Shown in pieces: positions 12,157 to 23,790 of a stretch of DNA of 64,000 nucleotides. The stretch lies in the NCBI GenBank assembly GCA_038087875.1, contig CM075990.1:2606001-2670000 (forward strand), in the 5' to 3' direction. The notes beneath the pieces are model-generated. The model searched no databases. It was given only the letters and a program-made list of their open reading frames with translations, and was not told the origin of the DNA. The position numbers and the translations under genes are program-made. Position 1 is the stretch's first letter, and each line of letters opens with the position of its first letter. This DNA comes from Malacoraja senta (taxonomy: Eukaryota).

Positions 12157-12305
12157 TGCCAATGTATCTGTCAATTACAGCGCCAATGTACATATCGTTC
12201 ATCGCTGCCAGCATATCTATCACTCACCTTTGCCAAAGTATCTATCATTCATCACTGCCAGATTACCTATCACTTGCTTTTGCCAATGCATCTGTCAGTG
12301 TCTCG
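12157..12305. repeat. Degenerate ~25-bp minisatellite, 6 units
   Basis: Units start (T/C)GCCA at 12157, 12181, 12206, 12231, 12256, 12281. Confidence 0.75.
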
Positions 12306-13161
12306 CATCCAACAATGTACCAGAAGCCAGAGATAAATAATGTCCTCAAACACATTGATAACGCAATGTTGTTTCCGCACCGAATGATCAAACACGGCAG
12401 ACTGACATTTTTAGTTTACAGCAGGAGAATAGAAACAGGCCCTTTGGCCCACAGTTCATTTCAATCCAGTTGAGTTTATTGTCATGTGTACCGAGGTACA
12501 GTGAAAAGCTTTTTGTTGCATGCTGACCAGTCAGCGGAAAGATTACAATCGATCCATTTACAGTGTACAGATACATGATCAGGGAATAACGTTTAGTGCA
12601 AGGTAAAGCCAGCAAAGTCTGGTCAAGGAGAGTCCGAGAGACATCAAAGAGGTCAATAGTAGTTCAGCACTGCTCTCTGGTTGTGGGAGGATGATTCAGT
12701 TGCCTGAAGAAACTGTCCCTGAATCTGGAGGTGTGCGTTTTCATTCTGGCCATCGATCACGCTAGTTCTATGTTATCCCACTTTCACGTCCACTACACAC
12801 TAGGGGCAACTCACAGAGACCAGCTAACCTACAAACCCGCTCGTCTTTGGGATGAGGGGGGAACCGGTGCACCTGGAGGAAACCCACCTGTTCACAGGGG
12901 GAACGTGGCCTTGCCTCGAGAAGGCAGCCAGCATCATCAAGGACCCACACCACCCTGGCCACACTATTTCACTCCTGCCATTGGGGAGAAGGTATAGGAG
13001 CCTGAGAACTAACGACCATGTTCAGGAGCAGCTTCTTCCCAATAACCATCAGTTCAGCTCAGTTTGGTTCAGTGTAATTTAGTTTACTGTCACGAGCACC
13101 GAGACACAGTGAAAAGCTTTTGTTGCCGTGCTGACCAGTCAGCGGAAGGACAATACGCTGG

Positions 13162-13490
13162 TGGCACGATGGCGCAGCGGTAGAGTTGCTGCCTTACAGC
13201 ACTTGCAGCACCGGAGACCCCGGGTTCAATCCCGACTACGGGTGCTGCCTGTACGGAGTTTGTACGTTCTTCCCGTGACCTGTGTGCGTTTTCTCCCAGA
13301 TCTTCGGTTTCCTCCCACACTCCAAGGACGTACAGGTTTGTCGGTTAATTGGCTTGTGTAAAGTGTAAATAGTCCATAGTGTGTGTAGGATAGTGTTAGT
13401 GTGCGGGGATCGCTGGTCGGCACGGGCCCCGGGGGCCGAAGGGCCTGTTTCCGCGCTGTATCTCTAAACTAAACTAAACTAAAACTAAAT
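13162..13490 (+). mobile_element. HE1-like V-SINE, full length
   Basis: Canonical head, central domain, (TAAAC)n tail. Confidence 0.9.
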
Positions 13491-14059
13491 ACATGATTAC
13501 AATCGAGCCATGCACAGTGTACAGACACATGATAAGGGAATAAGATTTAGTGCAAGATAAAACACTACGAACTCCAACTAAACTCCAAACTATGAACTGC
13601 CTTGATTGCACGGGGGACTTGGGGCTTTGCTTGGGTGTTGCTATTATTGAACCTTTTTTTAATGTTTGTTTATTATAATATCTATTAAGTACTGAGCTTA
13701 CAAACCTGCTGTGCTGCTGCAAGTAAGAATTTCCTTGTTCTATTTTGGACATATGAAGTGGTCATATGTATTGTCATACAAATGGCTGTAAAACACTCTT
13801 GACCCTTGAACCTTAGTCTCTGGCACTGCCAGACAGCAGCTCCACCCGCTGCCCAACTGTGCCGCCCTTGAATAACATCATCTTATTAAACGAAAGGGTC
13901 GGCCAAGGTGAGCTCTTGAACTAATCCGCATTGACTGGTCGCTTTAAAACTAATTTCCACTGGTTTTATTTTCGACACGTTTAATATAATTGCAGCAGGA
14001 ATGGATTGTTTGATTTATCAGATTGTTGCTGAATCTGTACCGAACAAAGTAAAGATAAG

Positions 14060-14352
14060 GGCAGCACGGTGGAGCAGCGGTAGAGTTGCTGCCTTGCTGC
14101 GCCAGAGACCCGGGTTCAATCCTGACTATGGGTGCTGTCTGTACGGAGTTTGTACGTTCTCCCCGTGACCTGCGTGGGTTTTATCCGGGTGCTCCGGTTT
14201 CCTCCCACACTCCAAAGATGGAGAGGTGTGTAGGTTAATTGGTTTTGATACTTTGTAAAATTGTCCCTAGTGTGTAGGATAGTGTTGGTGTACAGGGTGA
14301 TCACTGGTTGGCGTGGACTCGGTGGGCCGAAGGGCCTGTTTCCGCGTTGCAT
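14060..14352 (+). mobile_element. HE1-like V-SINE
   Basis: Canonical head and central domain. Confidence 0.9.
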
Positions 14353-14753
14353 TTCAATTTTATTAAATTTATTTGTGTTTGTATTTAATTTCAAGTTTCC
14401 GTGTATCTTGTTGTGTTTTATGAATGTTGGCAAAACCGATCTCCCTCTGGGGATGAATAAGGTTATATCGTATTATATCGTGTCGAATCTCGAAAGTCTA
14501 AAGTCTAAATATCATTTGACTTCAGGCCTCCGAGTGTACAGCCAGTAGATCCAAAATGTAACTTGACAAATGCGGTGTACGCTCAGTCAATCGACCCACA
14601 GGCAGCAGTTTCCCCTGACTCTCAGTCCGAAGAAGGGTCTCGACCCGAAACTGCACCCATTCCAGAGATGCTGCCTCACCCACTGAGTTACTCCAGCATT
14701 TTGTACCTCCCTTTGGTGTAAACCAGCACCTACAGTTTCTTCCAACACACCGT

Positions 14754-15066
14754 GGGCAGCACGGTGGCGCAGCGGTAGAGTTGCTGCCTTTCAGCGCCAG
14801 AGACGCGGGTTCGATCCCGACCACGGCTGCTGTCTGTACGGAATTTGTGCGTTCTCCCCGTGACCTGCGTGGGTTTTCTCCGAGATATTCGGTTTCCTCC
14901 CACACTCGAAAGACGTGCAGGCTTGTAGGTTAATTGGCTTGGTGTATGTGTAAATTATCCCCAATGTGTGTAAAATAGTGTTAAAGTGTGGGGATCGCTG
15001 GTCAGTGCAGTCTCGGGTGGGCCGAAGGGCCTGTTTCCGCGCTGTATCTCCAAACTAAACTAAAAT
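14754..15066 (+). mobile_element. HE1-like V-SINE, full length
   Basis: Canonical head, central domain and tail. Confidence 0.9.
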
Positions 15067-15894
15067 AAACACGAGAAACATACAGCTACATTGCCTTTAG
15101 GACATTGGAGTTAACTGCAATCCATTGCAGAAATGTTATAACATTTGACAACTGACAATGGGCAGAAGGTGGATGCCAGTGAAAAATAGGAGTGAGATTA
15201 AACTTTGCTCTATCTGAAAGATACATCGATAATGCTGCTGTTTCCCATCTCTCACAAATGTCTTTCTCTGCCTGTTCCTGGACCACCAATCTGAGCATTT
15301 ATCACTTTGAGGGAGTAATGAGTGTATAATGATAACCTGCTCCAAGTGAGTGAGTCTAACGGAGAGCGTTTGCAGAATCCATTGTGTAGTTGGTCTGGAT
15401 GATGCTTCATCGTCTGCGCAGAGTCATATCACATGCAGAGGATGGACACAAAGTAGGGCGGCATGGTGGCGCAGCTGTAGAGTTGCTGCCTTACAGCGCT
15501 TGCAGAGCCAGAGAAGCCGGTTCGATCCCGACTACGGGTGCCAGGCCTTTCAAGGGACTTTGTTGACTAGGTAGACACAAAAAGCTGGGGTAATTCAGCG
15601 GACAGGTAGCATCTCTGGAGAGAAGGAATGGGTGACATTGGTAAGTAGCCAAGGAGACCATCATATTCCTCTAGCCCCCTCCCCCCCCTCCCCCACTGTT
15701 TTCCGAGCCTAACTGAAGCCCCCCCCAACCCCTCAAGTCCACATGGGTGCTTCAGACAAGCTCTCGAGAAGCCAATCTGGATGCTACTGCACCATTGACC
15801 TTCTTTCTCAGGAATACCTGGGCGGCAATATGATGACACGGTGGCGCAACGGTAGAGTTTCTGCCTTACAATGCTTACATTGCCAGAGACCGGG

Positions 15895-16483
15895 CTATAG
15901 AAACATAGAAACATAGAAAATAGGTGCAGAAGACTTCAGCCCTTCAAGCCAACACCGCCATTCAATATGATCATGGCTGATCATCCAAAATCAGTTCCCT
16001 GTTCCTGCTTTTCCCCCATATCCCTTGATTCCGTTAGCACTAAGAGCTAAATCTAATTCTCTCTTGAAACCATCCAGTGAATTGGCAGAGAATTCCACAA
16101 CTCTCTGGGTGAAAATGTTTTTCCTCATCTCTGTCCTAAATGACGTACCCCTTATTCTTAAACTGTGACCCCTGCTTCTGGACTCCCCCAATATTGGGAA
16201 TGGTTTTCCTGCATCTAACATGTCCAACCCTTCTAAAGAATTGTATATGTTTCTATAAGATGCCCTATCATCCTTCTAAATTTGAGTGAATATAAGCCCA
16301 GTCGATCCATTCTTTCATCATATGTCAGTCCTGCCATCCCGGAAATTAAACTGGTGAACCTACACTGCACTCGCTCAATAACAAGAATGTCCTTCCTTAA
16401 ATTAGGAGACCAAAACTGCACACAATACTCCAGGTGCAGTCTCACCAGGGCCGTGTACAACTGCAGTAGGGCCTCCTTGCTCC
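15895..16483 (-). mobile_element. 5'-truncated CR1 LINE inside a SINE
   Basis: SKEALLQLYTALVRLHLEYCVQFWSP..; (CTATGTTT)n tail; SINE head to the left and SINE body to the right. Confidence 0.9.
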
Positions 16484-16554
16484 GTGACCACTTGGGTTTT
16501 CTCCGAGATCTCCGATTTCCTCCCACACTCCAAAGACGTCAAGGTTTGTAGGTT

Positions 16555-17742
16555 CACAAAAATGCTGGAGAAACTCAGCGGGTGCAGCAGCATCTATGGA
16601 GCGAAGGAAATAGGCAACGTTTCGGGCCAAAACTCTTCTTCAGACTGATAGGGGGTGGGGAGAAGAAAGGAAAAAAGGAAAAAGGCGGAGGAGGAGCCCG
16701 AGGGCTGGGGGAGGGGAGGAGACAACTAGAGGGCTGATGAAGGGGAGGGGACAGCAAGGGCTAGCAGAATTGGGAGAATTCAATGTTCAAGCCCCCAGGA
16801 TGCAGACTGCCCAAGCGGAATATGAGGTGCATTTCCTCCAATTTACGGTGTTGCTCGCTGAGGCCATGGAGGAGACCCAGGACAGAGAGGTCAGATACGG
16901 AATGGGAGGGGGAGTTGAAGTGCTGAGCCACCGGGAGGTCAGGTTGGCCATCGCGGACCGACCGGAGGTGTTCGGCGAAACGATCGCCAAGCCTCCGCTT
17001 GGTCTCACCGATGTAGATCAGCTGGCATCTAGAGCAGCGGATGCAATAGATGAGGTTGGAGGAGATGCAGGTGAACCTCTGTCGCACATGGAATGACTGC
17101 TTGGGTCCTTGAATGGAGACGAGGAGGGAGGTGAAGGGACAAGTGTTGCAAGGGTAAGTACCAGGGGAGGGGGTGGTATGGGAGGGAAGGGAAGAATTGA
17201 CAAGGGAGTTACGGAGGGAGCGGTCTTTGCGGAAGGCAGACATGGGGGGAGATGGGAAGATGTGGCGAGTGGTGGGGTCACGTTGGAGGTGGCGAAACTG
17301 ACGGAGGATCACTTGTTGTATGTGACGGCTGGTGGGGTGAAAGGCGAGGACTAGGGGGACTCTGCCCTTGTTGTGAGTGGGGGGATGGGGAGAGAGAGCA
17401 GTGTTGCGGGGTATGGCAGAGACCCTGGTGCGAGCCTCATCTATGGTGGAGGAGGGGAACCCCCGTTCCCTGAAGAATGAGGACATTTCAGATGCCCTGG
17501 TGTGGAACGCCTCATCCTGGGAGCAGATGCGGCGTAGACGGAGGAATTGGGAGTGGGGGATGGACTCCTTACAGGAAGCAGGGTGGGAAGAAGTTTAGTC
17601 CAGATAGCCATGGGAGTCGGTGAGTTTGTAGTGGATGTCGGTAAGGAGTCTATCACCTTCGATGGAGATAGTGAGGTCAAGGAATGGGAGGGAGGTGTCG
17701 GAAATGGTCCAGGTGTATTTGAGTGCCGGATGGAAGTAGGTT
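16555..17742 (-). mobile_element. 5'-truncated Penelope-like retroelement (RT thumb, Cys linker, GIY-YIG endonuclease, LTR)
   Basis: 14-bp TSD AAGGTTTGTAGGTT at 16541-16554 and 17743-17756 inside a SINE; coding similarity from ~17735 to 16761; hammerhead motif 16616-16643. Confidence 0.95.
16761..17486 (-). pseudogene. Penelope-like GIY-YIG endonuclease domain, open 241-codon C-terminal fragment
   Basis: FTCISSNLIYCIRCSRCQLIYIGETKRRLGDRFAEH..PVAQHFN..EMHLIFRLGSLHPGGLN; upstream RT mostly missing. Confidence 0.9.
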
Positions 17743-18439
17743 AAGGTTTGTAGGTTAATTGGCTTGGTTGAAATATAAATTGTCCCTCGTGTGGGTAGGA
17801 TAGTGTTACTGTGCGGGGATCACTGGCCAGCATGGGCTCGGTGGCCCGAAGTGCCTGTTTCCACATTGTATCAACTAAACTAAACTAAGCAAAGTGCTGG
17901 AGTAACTCAGCAGGTCAGACCGCATCTCTGGAGGAAAGGAATAGGTGACGTTTAGGGTCAAAACACTTCTTCAGACCCTTCTTCATACGCAGCGCCTATC
18001 CCAGGAGCCCTGCTTCCCTGATACTGCATACATCAGTTTAGTTCATTGTTACGTGTACCGGGGTACAGTGAAAATCTTTTGTTACGTGCTAACCTGCCAG
18101 TGGAAAGACAATACATGATTACAATCGAGCCATTCACAGTGTACAGGTACATGATAAGGGATACATAGAACATGGAATATAGAACAGAACAGCACAAGAA
18201 CAGGCCCTTCGGCCCACACTGAACATGATGCCAAGACCAACTCTTCCCTACCTGCACCTAACCCATATCCTGCATATTCCATTCCCTGCATATCCATATG
18301 CCTATCTAAAAGTCTCTAACATGCCACCATCATACCTGCCTCCACCACCACACCTGGCCGTGTATTCCAGGTACTCGCCACCCTCGGTGTAAAACAATTT
18401 GCCATGCACATATCCTTTACACTTTTCCCCTCTCACCAA

Positions 18440-18890
18440 TAAAGCCATTCAGAAGTTTGAAACGCACACTTCCAGATTCAGAATCAGTTTCTTCCCAGCT
18501 GTTATCAAGCAATTGAACCATCCTTCACCAACTAGAGTGTGGACCTGATTTGCCATCCACCTAATTGGAAACCTTTGAACTATATTTTACTGGACTTTGT
18601 CTTGCACTAAATGTTGTAGCCATTATCCTTTATCTGTGCACTGTGGACGGCGTGTCCCCAACAACTCTCACCAACTTCTACAGATGCACCGTAGAAAGCA
18701 TTTTATCGGGTACATCACAGCACAGTTTGGGAACAGCTCCATCCTAGACCGCAAGAAATTGCAGAGAATTGTGGATGCAGCACAGACCATCACACAAACC
18801 AACCTCCCTTCCATTGACTCCATCTACACTTCACGCTGCCTTGGCAAGGCCACCAGCTTCATCAAGGACCAGTCTCACCCTGGTCACTTC
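18440..18890 (+). mobile_element. Rex1/Babar 3' fragments in permuted order
   Basis: SPTTLTNFYRCTVESILSG and DRKKLQRIVDAAQTITQTNLPSIDSIYTSRC located after a 3'UTR piece. Confidence 0.8.
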
Positions 18891-18918
18891 AGCCCTCTAG
18901 CATTTGATTGATCCACAC

Positions 18919-19429
18919 TCGGGTTTCCAACTTTCTCACTCCCAAATAAGGGACAAAAGGTCAAAATAAGAGACTAATTCCCAACGGCAATTCGTTGACC
19001 GACTTGGCCGTGGCTGGGTGAATGATGAGTTGGCCCGGGTGCTGGATTGCACACAAAGCCCAGCCGGCGGGCCAGCTGAGGAGTTTTGGTCCGCGCGACG
19101 TCACACGCAAAGTCCGGCACCCCATCCAACTCATGAACCGATGATCGGCCATGAGAAGGTGGTGTCGGCGGTAAGCGAAGGTCCGAAGGTCGGACAGCTG
19201 GCCGGGCTGCCGACCGACGGGGCCACTGGCGAGGTGCTGCTGCTGCATTCCATGGGCTGCACTACGTCGGGACGGTGAGGCGGGGCCCGACGCAGTGCCC
19301 CGACCCGACAGTCCCCTCGACCCGAGTAGTAGCAGTCAAATATGGGACAAGGGTGGTCCCGTATGGGACAAACCAATTTAGCCTAATATACGGGATGTCC
19401 CGGCTAATATGGGACAGTTGGCAACCCTA
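18919..19429 (-). mobile_element. Non-autonomous hAT transposon, second copy, inverted relative to 6611-7108
   Basis: Reverse-complement match along its length; TSD ATCCACAC (18911-18918) / ATCCATAC (19430-19437). Confidence 0.9.
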
Positions 19430-19682
19430 ATCCATACCAGCACTATTCACTCCGAATAAGTGATTGTCCACATGTCAAAGTCATAGACCCTGGGGGCCGA
19501 GGTGGACGGGCCACGTTGCGGAAAACAAAGGTGGCCCCGGCATGGGGGGGGGGGGGGGCACTGAGAACAAGAGAGGGGAGGGACAAAGAGGGGACCAACA
19601 ATATTTAAGGGTACCTTTGTAATTTTGTTGGCACCTTGTGGCGACTGTTTTGTGCACTGTGTATGCTGAAACAAAGAATTAA

Positions 19683-19985
19683 CAGCGGTAGAGTTGCTGC
19701 CTGACGGCGCTTGCAGCGCCAGAGACCCAGGTTCAATCCCGACTACGGGTGCTGTCTGTACGGAGTTTGTACGTTCTCCCCGTGACCTGCGTGGGTTTTC
19801 TCTGAGATCTTCGGTTGCCTCCCACACTCCAAAGATGTACAGGTATGTATGTGTAATTGGCCTGGTGTACGTGTCCTTAGTATGTGTAGGATGGTGTTAA
19901 TGTGCGGGGATCGCTGGTCGGTGCGGACTCGGTGGGCCGAAGGGCCTGTTTCCGCGCTGTAGTTCTAAACTGAATAACTAAACTA
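19683..19985 (+). mobile_element. HE1-like V-SINE
   Basis: B box, central domain, tail. Confidence 0.9.
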
Positions 19986-20000
19986 CATGTGACAATAAAG

Positions 20001-20090
<90 letters not shown>

Positions 20091-20091
20091 A

Positions 20092-20127
<36 letters not shown>

Positions 20128-20173
20128 ATCTATCTATCTATCTATCATCTATCTATCTATCTATCTATCTATC
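20001..20173. repeat. (TATC)n microsatellite
   Basis: Direct reading; follows GTGACAATAAAG so probably an expanded LINE tail. Confidence 0.95.
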
Positions 20174-21494
20174 CTTGGAATATGTCAGTCTTGTGATTGT
20201 TCTTCAATTAACTTGTGGACTATTGAAGGCAACTCGAAGTTTGCAACAGAAAAACTCCATGGGAAATGCTGGGGACAGCAGTCAGTCAAGTATCCTGTCG
20301 TGGCCTGAATTATTATTATCAATTTGTTTATGGTGTATGTACATTGCTGGATAGATCAACGTTTATTATTTTGATTCTAATATCTCTTGAGAAGGTGGGG
20401 TGTTGGGGATGAGGGGCGAAACACCTTCTTTGACGGTTGAAGTCCTTTTGGAGAATAGATTCCTGCAACGCTCTTGAGTAGGGACCTTTAGACTCATAGA
20501 GTCATGGAGTGATGCAGTGTAGAAACAGGCCCTTCAGCCCAACTTGCCCACACCGGCCAACATGTCCCAGCTATACTAGTCCCACCTGCTTGCGCTTGGT
20601 CCATATTCCTCTATACCTGTCCTATCCATGTACCTGTCTAACTGTTTCTTCAATGTTGAGATAGTCCATGCCTCAACTACCTCATCTGGCAGCTTGTTCC
20701 ATACACCCACCACCCTTTGTGTGAAAAACAACTTCAGACATTAGACTTTAGATAAACACCGCAGAAATAATTCCTTTGGCCCACCGAGTCCACGCCAATC
20801 AGCGATCACCCCATATGCTAACACGATCCTACACACGAGGGACAATTTACACTTTTACCGAAGCCAATTAACCTACAAACATGTACATCTTTCGAATGCA
20901 GGAGGAAACTAGAGCACCCGGAAAAAACCCACGTGGTCACAGTCAGGATCGAACCCGGGTCTCTGGCGCTGTTTTTTATTTTTTACAAGTGGAAATTAAT
21001 TTTAAAGCTACCAGTCAATGTGGGTTAGTCCAGAGCTCATCGTGGCTGACTAGGATAGTACTAGTGTACGGGGTGATCACTGGTCAGCGCAGACTCGGTG
21101 GGCTCAAGGGCATGTTTCCCCACTGTATCTCCAAAGTCTAAAATGTTTGGATAGCATGCAAAATAAAGTTTTTCACTGTACTTCAGTACATGTGACCATA
21201 ATAAATATAACCCCAAACCTGTTGTTGATTTATATCACAAATATCAAGGGTTCCAACACCAATCCCTATAGTACACCAGTGGTCACAGAATAGCAATCAG
21301 AGACTTCCATCCTTCCATCACTACCAATGCTTCCTATCACCAAACCACTTTGATTCATTTGGCCAACTCTACTTGGATCCCATGGGCCTTAATCTCTGAA
21401 TCAGCCGACCATGCAGGACCTGCCTGAAGCTGCCTCGCGAGGCCTTGCGCTGCCTCGGCATGGCCACCAGCAAAATCAAGGACCATCTTGAAGG

Positions 21495-22450
21495 ACAGCC
21501 CCATCGAAGACCACAAGATATTGCAGAGAATTGTGCAGGTAGCCCAGACTATCACACAAACCAACCTCCGTTCCCGTGACTCCATCTACACTGCACGCTG
21601 ACTCGGCAAGGCCACCAGCAAAATCAAGGACCAGTCTCAACCCCTCTTCTGTTCTCTCCCATCAGGCAAGAGGTACATAAGTTTGAAATGCACACCACCA
21701 GATTTAAGGACAGTTTCTTCCCAACTGTTATCAAGCAATTGGGCCATCCTATCACCAACTAGAGTGTGGTTGTGACCTTCCATCTACCTCATTGGAGACC
21801 TTTGAACTATATTTTACTGGACTTTATCTTGCACTAAATATTGGAGCCTTTATCCTTTATCTGTGCACTGTGGATGGCTAGATTGTAATCGTGTATATTC
21901 TTGTTTAATCATGCATTTTATTGGGATACATCTCCGAATGGTTTGGGAACAGCCCCATTGAAGACCACAAGAAATTGCAGAGAATTGTGGACGCAGCCCA
22001 GACCATCACACAAACCAACCTCCCTTCCATCGACTCCATCTACACTTTACGCTGTCTTGGCAAGGCCAGCAGCATAATCAAGGACCAGTCTCACCCCAGT
22101 CACTCCCTCTCCCATAAAGCAAGTGGTATAGAAGTGTGAAAACGCACACCTCCCAATTCAGGGACAGTTTTTTCTTAGCTGTTATCTGGCAACTGAACTA
22201 TTCGATCACCAACTAGAGAGCGGTCCTGACCTGCTATCTACCTGTACATCATTGGAGACCTTCAGTTTATCTATAATTGGACTTTACAAGACTTTATCTT
22301 GCACTAAACATCATAGCCTTTATCCTGTATCTGTACCCTGTGGATGGCTGACAGTAATCCTGTATTGTCTTTCCGCTGACTGGATAGCGTGCAACAAAAA
22401 ATGCTTTTCACTGTACTTCGGTACATGGGACAATAAACTAAACTAAACTA
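21495..22450 (+). mobile_element. Two tandem Rex1/Babar 3' fragments
   Basis: WFGNSPIEDHKKLQRIVDAAQTITQTNLPSIDSIY region present twice; GACAATAAACTAAAC tail. Confidence 0.85.
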
Positions 22451-22989
22451 ATCCTTGTCAAACGCCTTACTGAAGTCTATATAGACAACTTCTTTCACTC
22501 AAATAGATGAACGATAGACTCACCTCTGTCCCCTGAGCGTTCTGATCTGTCTCCAACCAGTGAGTTTATTTACAGTGCAGTCAGGCAACGTTCCCTCTCA
22601 GTTAGAGTACAACCTGAGTAGCTGCGTTAAATTGGGCAGCGTAGCTGGCAGACCCGCTGCCTCACGATGCCAAAGATCCAGGTTCCATCCTGACCACGGA
22701 TGCTTTCTGTGTGGAGTTTGCACGCTCTCCCTGTGACTACGTGGGTTTCCTCCCACACCCCAAAGATGTGCTGGTTTATAGGTTAATTGACCTCTTTAAA
22801 TTGCCCCTAGTGTCTAATATGCCAAACTGGGATAACATGGAACCAGTGCACAGGTGATCATTGGTTGGTGTGGACTCTATGGGGCGAAGGGCCTGATTCA
22901 CTGATGGATCTATAAACTAAACTAAACTAGATTCCTCTGTGGTACCGGAAAACCTGCAGATGCTCTCAGCATTTTTTTTATTTTTTTGT

Positions 22990-23283
22990 GAGACAGCGTG
23001 GAAACAGGCCCTTCGGCCCAGCGTGTCCGCACCAACCAGCGATCCACACACATTAACACTATCCTACACACAATCAGGGACAATTTATACTTATACCAAG
23101 CCAATTAACCTACAAACCTGCACGTCTTTGGAGTGCGGGAGGAAACCGAAGATCTAGGAGAAAACCCACGCGGTCACGGGGAGAACGTACAAACACCATA
23201 CAGACAGCACCCGTAGTCAGGATCAAACCTGGGTCTCCGTCGCTGTAAGGCAGCAACTCTACCGCTGCGCCACCGTGCCGCCC
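22990..23283 (-). mobile_element. HE1-like V-SINE
   Basis: Canonical sequence on minus strand. Confidence 0.9.
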
Positions 23284-23476
23284 AATTTAAAGAACACAAA
23301 AGTCACAAATCCCTCACAAGCCTTGGGTTTTTGCAGAGAGGGTTCCCTTCTAGACGATTCAAACCAAGAGAAGGGGGTTAGGGCAAATACCTGGGAATTT
23401 AGCTTGTAAACAGGAAAATAAAAACTAATAATTGCTTCTGTTTCTGCTGATTATTCTTGCTGGAAACAAATACATT

Positions 23477-23790
23477 TAGTTTAGTTTAGTTTAGAGATGC
23501 AGCGAGGAAACAGGCCCTTCGGCCCATCGAGTCTGCACCGACCAGCGATCCCCGCCCATTAACTCTAACCTACACACACTAGGGACAATTTTACATTTAT
23601 GCACTTGTACCAAGTGAAAATTAACCTACAAACCTGAAAGTCTTTGGAGCGCGGGAGGAAACCGAAGACCTCGGAGAAAAAAAACAACGCAGGTCACAAT
23701 TCTATACAGACAAGCACCTGAAGTCAGGATCGAACCCGGATCTCTGGCGCTGTAAAGCAGCAACTCTACCACTGCGCCACCGTGTCACCC
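23477..23790 (-). mobile_element. HE1-like V-SINE
   Basis: Canonical sequence on minus strand; flanked by ~65-bp direct repeats. Confidence 0.9.

Noticed and set aside
12157..12305. CRISPR-like periodicity
   Set aside because: Eukaryotic context, degenerate contiguous units without unique spacers, no cas genes
6611..19429. Large composite transposon bounded by the two inverted hAT MITEs
   Set aside because: Each MITE has its own distinct 8-bp TSD, so they are independent insertions
19989..20354. YLSI-repeat ORF
   Set aside because: (TATC)n microsatellite
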